Shown piece after piece: positions 13,820-24,399 of a DNA stretch of 64,000 nt (the first letter of the stretch is position 1; each line of letters opens with the position of its first letter). The translations under genes and the position numbers were made by a program. A model generated the notes under the pieces. It saw nothing but the letters and a program-made list of their open reading frames with translations. It was not told the origin of the DNA and did no database searches. Origin of the DNA: the human T2T-CHM13v2.0 reference genome, Homo sapiens; NCBI RefSeq assembly GCF_009914755.1, contig NC_060927.1; one strand, 5' to 3'.

Positions 13820-14779
13820 CTTGAAGGCAAGGTTAATTAAATCCTCTTGTGGGGTTTGAGGGCCGGAATTTAATTTTTGGAGTTTTATTTAATGTCAGGA
13901 GCAGATTGTGTAATAAAATGTATATTGAGAATAAGACGGCCTTTTGACCTTTTAGGGTCTAGGGCTGTAAAGCGTCTCAGGGTTGCTGCTGAATGAGCCA
14001 TGAACTGGGCTGGGTTTTTTATATTTGATGAAAAAGAGTCTAAATGCTAATTGATTTTGGAGAGGTCGGATAAAGAAAAAGGAGCATTAACCTTGACTAT
14101 GCCTTTACTCCAGCCACCTTTTTAAGAGGAAATTGCTGGGCAGGTGGGGGTGGGCTAGTCACAGAACGAAACTGTAAGCCAGACCAGGTGTGAGGAGGGG
14201 AGGTGATAAAAGGATTATAGGGTGGGGGAGCAGAGGCTGAGGAAGAATTGGGACCTGGCTCAGCCTGTTGAGGAGGGGAGAGGTCAGATGGGTCTGTAGA
14301 AAAGGAAAATTAGAAAGACTCAGTGACGCTTGGGGTTGGGACTGAGGAGACAGGTGGGAGGGAAAGGGAGGATTTGAGATGAGTCGCATTGGGAACAGAG
14401 ACTAGGGAGGGAACAATGTGTAAAAGAATGCCTGGACGTCAGGCACCTCAGACCGTTTGCCCATTTTATGATAAGAATTATCTAGATCTTGTAGGATGGA
14501 AAAATCGAAAGTGCCGTTTTCTGGCTATTTGGAACTACTGTCAAGTTTGTATTGGGGTCAAGTGGCATTGTAGAAAAAAATAAGGCATTTAGGTTTTAGG
14601 TCAGGTGTGAGTTGAAGAGGTTTTATGTTCTTAAGAACACAGGCTAAGGGAGAAGAAGGAGGAATGGAGGGTGAAATGTTGCCTATAGTGAAGGAGGCAA
14701 GTTTAAAGAAAAGGGAGAGTAGAGACATGGAGGGAAGCGGTTCGGGGGTTCTTACCCTCCAGAAAAGCAGGAAGGGGGT

Positions 14780-15282
14780 TGGGGCACGAAAACAAGGTGT
14801 TGGGGTGTAGAGATAAGAGGTCAGGGCGTGGAAATAAGGGATTGGGGCACAGAGATAAGAGGTCGGGGTGTGGAAATAAGGGATTGGGGCACAGAAATAA
14901 GAGGTCGGGATGCGGAAATAAGGGATTGGGGCGCAGAGATATAAGAGGTCAGGGCGCAGAAATAAGGGATTGGGACACAGAGATACGAGGTTGGGGTACT
15001 TGCCCCTCCCCCAGAAAAGTGGGACTTGCTGCTAAGGGTGAAGGAGAAGGGGTTGGGGGTTTCTTGCCCCCCAGAAAGGTGGAGAAGGGGTAGAGACATG
15101 GAGAGAAGGGGTTGGGGTACTTGCCCCTCCCCTAGAAAAGCCGGACTTGCCACTAAGATTGAAGGAGAAGGGGTTGGGGGTTTCTTCCCCCCAGGGAGGC
15201 GGAGAAGGGGTAGAGACATGGAGAGAAGGGGTTGGGGTACTTGCCCCTCCCCCAGAAAAGTGGGACTTGCTGCTAAGGGTGA
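14780..15282. repeat. G-rich tandem repeats in HERV-H leader: ~42-bp unit array followed by ~120-bp unit array
   Basis: GGGGCACAGA recurs at 14844 and 14886; TTGGGGTACTTGCCCCTCCC recurs at 14991, 15112 and 15232. Confidence 0.9.
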
Positions 15283-15703
15283 AAGACCAAGGCAGGCATC
15301 CCTGCATGGTCTGACACCTCTGAAACCTGGGTGAATAATCAGAGAGGCATCCCTGCAATGATTAAACACCAAGGGAAGCCTGCCTTCCCTAGTCCGTGAC
15401 CGGTGCTGGAGTTTTGGGTGCACAGATAAAACGTGTCTCCTTTGTCTCTACGAGAAAATGAAAGGAATTGAAATTAAAAGAAGGGAGAGATTGAAGTGTG
15501 GCACCAAGACTGAAAGGAGAAAGAAGTTGAGGGATAGTGAAGGAGGTTGGAGAAGAGAGTAAAAAGAGGCTGCTTACTGGATTTGAAATTGGTGAGATGT
15601 TTCTTGGACTGGTCGGTCTGAGGACTTGAGATCATAGGTGGACGTTTCTCATGGAGCAAAGAGCAGGAGGTCAGGGGATTGATCTCCCAAGGGAGGTCCC
15701 CCA

Positions 15704-15721
15704 ATCTGAGTCATGGCACCA
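15704..15721 (-). promoter_or_regulatory. Primer binding site for tRNA-His
   Basis: Minus strand TGGTGCCATGACTCAGAT versus canonical TGGTGCCGTGACTCGGAT (two CpG-type changes), just inside the 5' LTR. Confidence 0.93.
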
Positions 15722-15723
15722 AA

Positions 15724-16132
15724 TTTCATGCGCATCCGTGTGAAGAGAAAACCAAACAGGCTTTGTGTGAGCAATAAAGCTTTTAATCACCTGGGTGCAG
15801 CAGGCTGAGTCCAAAAAGAGAGTCAGTGAAGGGAGATAAGGGTGGGGCCGTTTTATAGGATTTGGGTAGATAAAGGAAAATTACAGTCAAAGGGGGTTGT
15901 TCTCTGGCGGGCAGAGTGGGGGTCACAAGGTGCTCAGTAGGGGAGCTTTTGAGCCAGGATGAACCAGGAGAAGGAATTTCACAAGATAATGTCATCAGTT
16001 AAGGCAGAAACAGGCCATTTTCACTTCTTTTGTGGTGGAATGTCATCAGTTAAGGCAGGAACCGGCCATCTGGATGTGTACGTGCAGGTCACGGGGGACA
16101 TGATGGCTTAACTTGGGCTCAGAGGCCTCACA
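15724..16132 (-). promoter_or_regulatory. HERV-H 5' LTR (LTR7), promoter directed toward lower coordinates
   Basis: LTR7 sequence with TATAAAA (15851-15857, minus), GC/GT box CCCCACCC and ATTAAA. Confidence 0.9.
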
Positions 16133-17525
16133 GAAACCTCTTGTGAGCCTTGTGTATTTGAGACATTAGTTGGAAATTAGGTGCTGTGTTGAGACTGCAC
16201 CAAAGTCTTTTAGATAATATTCATACAAATTTTCTAGCTTGAGTTTGTTACTTTCTTTATGACTTTCTTTAATCTTAATTTCTTGTTTCTGGAGGCTACA
16301 AATATTAGAGAAAAAAACAAAAACAAAAGTAAGTAAAAACAAAAACAAACTACAATTGCTTCAGTGCTGGGATAGCCTGTTAGGAGAGCATGAAGGACTT
16401 ATGTTAAATTTCGCTACTGATTTATTGAAACAAGCTTTAATTGTAATTTGTTTTGATTGGATGAGAATTTAAATTACATCTGGGAAAGTTATTAAGTCAA
16501 ACATATAGAAATTCCTCTAAGATGTAATATGACCCTTCTCTGTGGCAAATGTGCCTGAAAAATGTATCCCATTTCTTTTAAGCACTAAACAAAAGCAGTC
16601 ATTATTTAGAAGAACCAAGACAAAAGGTATGTGAATAAGAAGGATTTTTCTTCTAACACTAAATAGTTCACATAGTCCCTTGAACTGAAGTGCAACTCTT
16701 TTGTGGTCTGAATTAATTTTCTCTTGGGGGAAAAATAATCTGCTACTTTTTAATTTTAAAACTAAAAAAGTGATCTTCTGTTTGGCCAAAAAAGTTCAAA
16801 ACAATTAGAGTGAATGTCTAAATGAGTAAGAAATTAGTTATTTGTTTTTCTTGTGAAAACAACATGCTGAGTTAGAAAAAATAAAAGGATAATATTATTT
16901 CAGAGAAGGTAGGTACAATTACCTCTCAGTAAGCAGTCTTCTAGAATGCCTAATCTGAAGTTAGGGTTCAGTAAGAAGAGAGACACATCTCGACTTTCCA
17001 GAACCTAACCACACCTCATTGGGCTCTTTTTCACATTTAGATTTAGAAGATGTTTCTGCATTAGCAGGAAATGTTTGAGGAAAAGTTAAAGAAATTTTTT
17101 CAACTGAGATGCTATTTGAAATTAGTAATTCTATTATTTCTTTAAATTCCTATTCTGCTTCTTTAATTTAGATCAGATAACTCTGACTTTTTAGAGAAAA
17201 TTTAAGTTATTTCCTAAAGCAAGAATTTTAAAAATTGTTTTTTAAACACAGGCTTTTAAGTAATTAGGGTTACTGAATTGCCAAGATGGAAGAGAACCTC
17301 CTGTGTCATCAAACTTTAATATCTGCCACCCCTATTTAAAATTATTATATTTATCTTGGGAGTAAGTTTAAAACTTTACTTGACACAAAAAAGTGATAGG
17401 TAAATAGAAAATGACAAATTTTCCCTAGAATTCTAGATTATTTTAACTTACAACTACCGGTATTTAAAAACATTGAATGAGCCAATACTTTGAATAACTG
17501 AAAATTGTGGTAAAATAAGAAAACA

Positions 17526-18112
17526 AGGATCTAGAAGCAGAAATACCATTTGACCCAGCAATCCCATTACTGGGTATGTACCCAAAGGAGTATAAATCAT
17601 TCCACTATAAAAGCACATGCACACGTATGTTTATTGTGGCACTCTTCACAATAGCAAAGACTCGGGACCAACCCAAATGCCCATCAATGATAGACTGGAT
17701 AAAGAAAATGTGGCACATATGCACCGTGGAGTACTATGCAGCCATAAAAAAGAATGCATTCATGTCCTTTGCAGGGACATGGATGAAGCTGGAAACCATT
17801 ATGCTCAGCAAACTAACACAGGAACAGAAAACCAAACACTGCATGTTCTCACTCATAAGTGAGAGTTGAGCAATGAGAACACATGGGCACAGGGAGGGGA
17901 ACATCACACACTGGGGCCTGTCAGGGGATGAGGGAGAAGCAGGGAGAGAGCATTAGAACAAATAGCTAATGGATGTGGGGCTTAAAACTTAGATGATAGA
18001 TTGATAGGTGCAGCAAACCACCATGGCACATGTATACCTATGTAACACACCTGCTCATTCAGCACATGTATCCCAGAACTTAAAGTAAAATAAAAATAAA
18101 TAAATAAATAGA
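17526..18112 (+). mobile_element. 5'-truncated L1PA (L1PA10/11-like) 3' end
   Basis: ORF2 tail peptide MFIVALFTIAKT...WIKKMWHI; 3' UTR GGGGCTTAAAACTTAGATGA; (AAAT)n tail. Confidence 0.92.
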
Positions 18113-18149
18113 AAAAATATTTCTAGTCTATTTTTAAAATAAAAGGCTT

Positions 18150-18232
18150 CTAGTATTTACTACATATTAGAATCACCTGGGAAGCTTTAAAAATCCCAGT
18201 GCTCAGCTCTCACTCCATACCAATTAAATCAT
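18150..18232. mobile_element. MER5 fragment
   Basis: ATTAGAATCACCTGGGAAGCTTTAAAAATCCCAGTGCTCAG. Confidence 0.6.
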
Positions 18233-18404
18233 AAAAGAACTGAAAGTAATTTGTTTAATTTTATATACAGAATATATATAATTTACATATATGTAGAAAT
18301 ATATTTCTAACTCATATATATTTCTAATGCACATACATTGAAATATATTTCTACATATATATGCAAACTGATCTATTTGTGGCACAAAAGTTATGTACAC
18401 GTAT

Positions 18405-18743
18405 GCCATAGCAAAGTACCACTAAAGAGTGACATAAACAACAGAAATATATTGTCTCACAGTTCTGGAGCCTAAATGTCCAAGATAAAGGTGTCAGCAA
18501 GTTTGCTTCCTTCTGAGGCAGTGAGAAAGAATCTGATGCATGCCTCTCTCAGTTTCTGCTGGTTTAATGTGATCTTTGGCATTCCTTGACTTGTAGAAGC
18601 ATCACTCCATGTCTGCTTTTCTTCACATGGCGTTCTGTCTGTGTGAGTGTCTGTTTCTAGGTCCAAATTTCCCTTTTTTGTAAGGACCAGTCATATTGAA
18701 TTAAATCCACCCTAATGATTTCATTCTAGGTTGATTACCTCTG
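18405..18743 (-). mobile_element. MaLR LTR (MLT1C-like), partial
   Basis: AACAACAGAAAT...TCTCACAGTTCTGGAG, CTTTGGCATTCCTTGACTTGTAGAAGCATCACTCC, AAGGACCAGTCATATTG. Confidence 0.8.
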
Positions 18744-19149
18744 TTCAGAAATCATGACTGGTGATATTTGAGTAGGGGAAAGACTACGCTCAAGGTAGAG
18801 AAATTTGCTTCTGTAGACTTCCAAGCTGAAACTAACCCAAACCACAGGAGGAGAAGAGTTTAACTGTAAATAAAGATTAGAATGTTCACTATTATATAGG
18901 ATTTAATATAATTTTAGTACTGATATAAGATTATTTTGTGACTAAATATAAACAAAGAACTTAAAAATCGTTAAATATTGACTGGAAAATTTTGAGGCAT
19001 GGCCATATTATGAAAAAGACAACAAAATAGCTTAAGTATTTGAGTTTAAAGGTGGACTGAGAAAGAAAAATTGTTTTTTGTTGAATTCTATGGAATTCTA
19101 CTTTTTGACTTTGTGATATTTCTAGGAATGTTAACTGTTTTATATTAAG

Positions 19150-19375
19150 AAATGTTTTTTTACTAAATACTGCTAAACACATACTGTGTCTGGCCCAATG
19201 CTAAGCATTTAGGGATCATTATTTTAAATTCTCACTAAAAACTTGCAGGTATTATTAAGTATTATTACTTTACTAACCACAGAAAGATTAAATAACTTAG
19301 CCAAATTGCTCAAATTCTGCCTGGGTCCATATTTTTCTATAAACCAAATACTCTATAATCACTTTCCATAACTCT
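19150..19375 (-). mobile_element. MIR fragment
   Basis: TACTGTGTCTGGC...TGCTAAGCATTT...AGATTAAATAACTTAGCCAA. Confidence 0.5.
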
Positions 19376-20794
19376 TTCTCAAAAGTAAAGAAAATGGCTT
19401 AGTGCTTTTCCTACAGTGAATGATCAACAAATATTGAAGTAAATTGAATATAATCAGGCTTAGAAGCTGAAGCAGTGATGAAAAATTGTGATAATAGTCG
19501 TTGCTTATTATTACATGTTAGGAGATAAATTACATATTAGGAGATAAAACAGTTGTTCAAATATCATTTAAGCAGCTGATCTGGCCCTTTCCTCAGTTTT
19601 CAAATATTTCAGACTTTTTGCACCTATAAAATCATCACACCCAAATGTTATACTTACCAAAGCAATAATTTCTAGCTGGTGACAAATTCACATCAAGCAT
19701 TTTTAATATTTGAAATATTTTGGAATTGAAAAACTCCACAGAATATTATTTTTTAAAAGAATAATTTGTGTTTGTTTGCCTGAGAGGGGAAAAATATTTT
19801 CAGGAGAAAGCAGAGGGAGTAAAAGAGGAAAAAACTGCTCTATATTGAAGTTCTAAAAATGGGGTTACCTTTATGTTACCTTTATTCTGACTTGGAAGTA
19901 TGTTTCAGAATATAAAATTTGGGATTGCTGCAAGCCAGTACCAACTGAAGGAATATTAGCATTTATAACTCAGGATGGAATTTACTACTAGTCTTCTGCT
20001 ATGATTCCAGTGATTCTGAATGACCCAGTTTGTACATGGTAACTCTACACACCCACACACAAACCCACAGACACTATATATATAACTCCAAAAGTGAAAA
20101 AAGACATTTTTCCTTATCTACCTTACAAAATGGCTATGAGGATTAAATAACTTATATAATCATCTATACGTGAGAAAGCAGTACAATTCTTACTTGAGGC
20201 CTAACTCATATACACAGGTATCCACATAAACATATCATATATTTATATGTGTGGTTTAATTTCATTGAATGCCCTAGACTATACTTAGTATAAAAAATAT
20301 ATTTAAGTTATAATCTACTGGAGGGACAAGATTTATTTTCAAGGGTCTCTTGAGATAATATAAGAGAATATACTTTGGTAACGTATAGAAGCAATGCAGA
20401 TATACATGACCACAGTGTTTCCTCCTGCTGTGAAAGTGTCTCATTACTATTGCTCTGAAAAACACAAATTCAGGATTAAGGAACCTGTGTACTGTTCCCT
20501 AGGGATTCCTTTTGCCTGGTAGCTGGAGACAGTGCTAACAGCTCACATTATTTATATATGAATTCTTTCCTCCAGTGTCTCCTCTGTGCTTTGCCATTCT
20601 CTTAACTTCTCCAATTAATTATGGCCAGAGCCTATTGACGAGCTGCCTGGCTTTCCTTCTCTAAAACTTCCCTGCTTTGGTTTCTGTGCTGTTATTTCCA
20701 CAAGTCATCTGTGTATTCTGAGATTATGCCTCTGACATCTTTCCTGACTGCTCTCCAGCCTTGGCCCTCTTGGTTAGGTTGAACTATTAAGTGA

Positions 20795-21150
20795 GGATCT
20801 TTAGTTTTCTTTCTCCCAGAAGTAGACTCTGAGAGAAGGATTTGAGTGCAAAGAGTTCAATGGGAGATAATCTCAGGAAACATTGGTAGGAAGGTTTGGA
20901 AGGGAGTAAAAGAAGGAAGCCAATAAAAGTGAGTTATTAAGCAAATTATCAATGCCTAGTCCTTTGGAGAACTCTGAGAAACAGTGTAGAACATTCCTTC
21001 AAGTACCTCTTTTGGCAGGGCAAGGAAGCTGTGTTATGTACCCAACAACCCTTATCCAGCATTTGTTGAGGGTAGTTCCCAGGGCAGGATAGCTCCTCAG
21101 CACTTTTTACCTATCCAGGGTATGAACAGAGTGTACATTAATGTCCAGAG
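20795..21150 (-). mobile_element. Ancient ERVL-class LTR (LTR33-like)
   Basis: CCCAGAAGTAGACTCTGAGAGAAGGATTTGAGTGCAAAG...AAGGAAGCCAATAAAAG resembles recalled LTR33. Confidence 0.6.
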
Positions 21151-21939
21151 AAATTATATTAAATTCAAGTGAAAAATACTAGACTTACAGCGATTGGTAT
21201 ATGAAGCGTTTAGTAATTGATTGGAAGAGAATAAAAAAATATAGCCCTAAGAGAACTTTGAGTTTGTGAAGCAGGCTGTGTAGTTAAATGAAGAAGATAA
21301 TTTAGTTTTAATCCAGTGAATTTGATTATTTTGTCAGGCTTGTAGTAAATTGTAATGAGGATGATAGTGTGTTGTAATCCTGTGATGGTGTTTTATATGA
21401 GACATAAAGGCTTCTCTATGACCCTCCTGCATGTGCCAACATTCTGTAGGCATAATTAATTATAATGTGGACTCTCAAATTCTAATGTGGGATGGAGGAT
21501 TTTATGAAGTACAAGGAAAATAGTCAGCCAGCACCCTTTATGCTGGTTCCATTAAGAGTTTTGAGAAGTTTTAACATCTGATTCCATAAAATTTTCAGGT
21601 TGAACCATCAGTAACCATAATATTCCTGACAACCCTGAATGCAATAGCCCATTTCATTTTCTATGTAAAGAGACGGGCACCTCTAACTTGCCTGCATCTC
21701 TTTGTTTTATTCCCCTTGGTGTCTGGTTTATCACACACACAGATTTTAATTTTGTCCTAGATGACATCTTGGTTCAATGACCCTTTTTAAGATGCTAGTT
21801 TTGTTTTAATTTGTGCTGATAAAAATCATATTTCTGTATTTCAGAAAGTTGAATAGAATTGAACTTGATCTTTAGCTAGAAATCTTCCTTCTAGCTCGAT
21901 TGGTTTCATTTGTGTTTCACTTCTTGTGCATATTTATTA

Positions 21940-22242
21940 TTCAAATAAACTATATTGAGGTATAATTCATGTTTAATAAGTGATATCCATTTAAATTGTA
22001 GAATTTGGTAACCTTTGTTGGTTGTATATGGGGAAACTACCACCACAATAGAGATACTGATCATTTCCATTACCTCCAAAAATTTCATCTGGCCCTTTGC
22101 AGCCCTCCCACCCTCCTTGCCCAGTCCCAGGCAACCACTGATTTGCTTTGCATCCTCATAGATTAGTTTGCATTTTCTAGAATTTTATATAAATTGAATC
22201 ATACAGTATATGCTCCTTTGTATCTGGCCACTTTCACTTATC
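21940..22242 (-). mobile_element. Old L1M (L1MB/L1ME) 3' end
   Basis: TATTGAGGTATAATT start; CCCAGGCAACCACTGATTTGCTTT...TTTGCATTTTCTAGAATTTTATATAAATTGAATCATACAGTAT. Confidence 0.8.
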
Positions 22243-23090
22243 CAATGACCCTAAAATGAAATAGAAAATAAAATTTTAACTTTAAATGTTAAGGTTGATA
22301 AATAAACACTGACAGCTTCAGTTTAGAGTACCCATAGCAAATTCATGAATATCTGTTCTGGTGTATACTACTAATTTGAAGGATAATCATTTATGAGCTT
22401 AAGTGAGAGGTGTCTTATGTACAGATATTCATATGTCAAAATATTGAATGAGCCTGTGTTCTCTCTACAGAATATAACATTCTGTGGAAAGCTTAAAATC
22501 TTAAATAATGCCTATATATTTATGCACACAGATATAATAGGTTATCTATAAAATATATACATAAAGGTATATGAAGGTATACAAATACATATAAAGATGT
22601 GTGTATATATAGGTATATGTGCATGTATTTGTGTGATAATGTAAAACATAAAATATACTTCAAAAAAATTATTCTGTCCCCCAAAGATTCTGCTATCGCC
22701 CCAGTTTGTTTTCCCTATTTCCTCTTTTAGTTTACAATGAAGCCTGCCTGCAACTGAACCTTTACTCTTCTTCCTTCCCTCTCACTCTTCTCCAGCTCTG
22801 TGACTTTGTTGTGTTTTACATGTCAGTAAATGGCACCCTCCTATACTTTGTAATTTCAACCAGAAACCAAAGAAAGATTCTGACACCTTATTCTCAGACA
22901 CATTCTACAAGGTGAGTGCAAAAATTGCGTTTTTTGCATTGTTGGAATTTGCTGTTTGATCATGGAATACATTCTTAAATAAATGTGGTTATCTTATATA
23001 TCATTTTAATGGGCATTTCTTGCATTATTATATATATATTTTTTTTGCTAATGACATTACTTGCTGTTTATTTTGTGCTTATTTTAGACT

Positions 23091-24399
23091 ATGGAAATTA
23101 GGTTAGACAAAAGGCAAATTCCAGCAGTTTTCTTATTCGAGTTAAAAATGGGTAGTAAGGCTGTGGAGATAGCTTGCAACATCAACAGTGCATTTGGCCC
23201 AGGAACTGCAGTGGTGGTTCGAGAAGTTTTGCAAAGGAGACGAGAGCCTTGAAGATGAGGAGCATAGTCGCCGGCCATCAGAAGTTGACAGTGACCAATT
23301 GAGAGCAATCATCAAAGCTGATCTTCCTTTTTTTTTTTTAAATTATACTTTAAGTTTTAGGGTACATGTGCACAACGTGCAGGTTTGTTACATATGTATA
23401 CATGTGCCATGTTGGTGTGCTGTACCTATTAACCCGTCATTTAACATTAGGTATATCTCCTAATGCTGTCCCTCCCCGATCTTAAGTTTTAGGGTACATG
23501 TGCACAACGTGCAGGTTAGTTACATATGTATACATGTGCCATGTTGGTGTGCTGTACCTATTAACCCGTCATTTAACATTAGGTATATCTCCTAATGCTA
23601 TCCCTCCCTGATCTTCTTACAACTACTTGGGAAGTTGCCAAATAACTCAACGTTGACCATTCTACAGTTATTTGGCATTTGAAGCAAATTGGAGAGGTAA
23701 AAAAGTTTGATAAGTGGGTGCCTCGTGAGCTCAGCCAAAAAAAAAAAAAAAAAGTCCTTTTGAAGTGTTGTATTCTCTTATTCTATGCAACAACAATGAG
23801 CCATTTCTCAATCGAATTGTGACATGCAATGAAAAGTGGATTTTATATGACAATCAGCAATGACCAGCTCAGCGGTTGGACTGAGAAGAAGCTCCAAAGC
23901 ACTTCCCAAAGCCAAACTTGCACCAAAAAAAAAAGTCATGGTCACTGTTTGGAGGTCTGCTGCCGGTCTGATCCACTACGGCTTTCTGAATCCAGACAAA
24001 ACCATTACATCTGAGAAGTATGCTCAGCAAATGGATGAGATGCACTGAAAACTGCAATGCCTGCAGCTGGCATTGGTCAACAGAAAGGGCTTAATTCGTC
24101 TCCAGGACAATGCCTGACCGCACCTGGCACAACCAATGCTTCAAAAGTTGAACGAATTGGGCTACGAAGTTTTGCTTCATCCCCCATATTCGCCTGACCT
24201 CTCTTCAATGGACTACTACTTCTTCAAGCGTCTCGACAACTTTTTGCAGAGAAAATGCTTCCACAACCAGCAGGATACAGAAAATGGTTTCCAAGAGTTC
24301 GTCAAATCCCAAAGCATGGATGTTTATGCTACAGAAATAAACATACTTACTTCTCATTGGCAAAACCTTGTTGATTGCACTGGTTTCTATTTTGATTAA
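23091..24399 (+). pseudogene. Hsmar1 transposase pseudogene (family of the SETMAR transposase domain)
   Basis: ATGGAAATT start at 23091; WWFEKFCKGDESLEDEE, KKKVMVTVW, LQKLNELGYEVLLHPPYSPDL...YFD stop; frameshifts, stops and an L1 insertion. Confidence 0.92.
23326..23609 (-). mobile_element. L1PA4-like extreme 3' stub, present as two tandem 132-bp copies
   Basis: Poly-T then TTATACTTTAAGTTTTAGGGTACATGTGCACAACGTGCAGG; unit starts 23351 and 23483; TSD GATCTTC. Confidence 0.92.

Larger units (their letters stand above)
10268..16132 (-). mobile_element. HERV-H provirus, common deleted ~5.9-kb form with two LTR7
   Basis: Two ~410-bp LTRs, perfect 5-bp TSD GAAAC (10263-10267 and 16133-16137), tRNA-His PBS, polypurine tract (AAGAAGACAGGAA on minus, from 10678), gag zinc knuckle. 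Confidence 0.97.

Noticed and set aside
14780-15282. Repeat array superficially like CRISPR
   Set aside because: No unique spacers, no cas genes, eukaryotic retroviral context
14779-15423. Overlapping 100-200 aa ORFs on both strands
   Set aside because: Products of G/C-rich tandem repeats in the HERV-H leader; repetitive peptides with no domain
23091-24399. Possible SETMAR gene
   Set aside because: Has TIRs, stops, frameshifts and an L1 insert, and no SET-domain exons; a dead Hsmar1 copy
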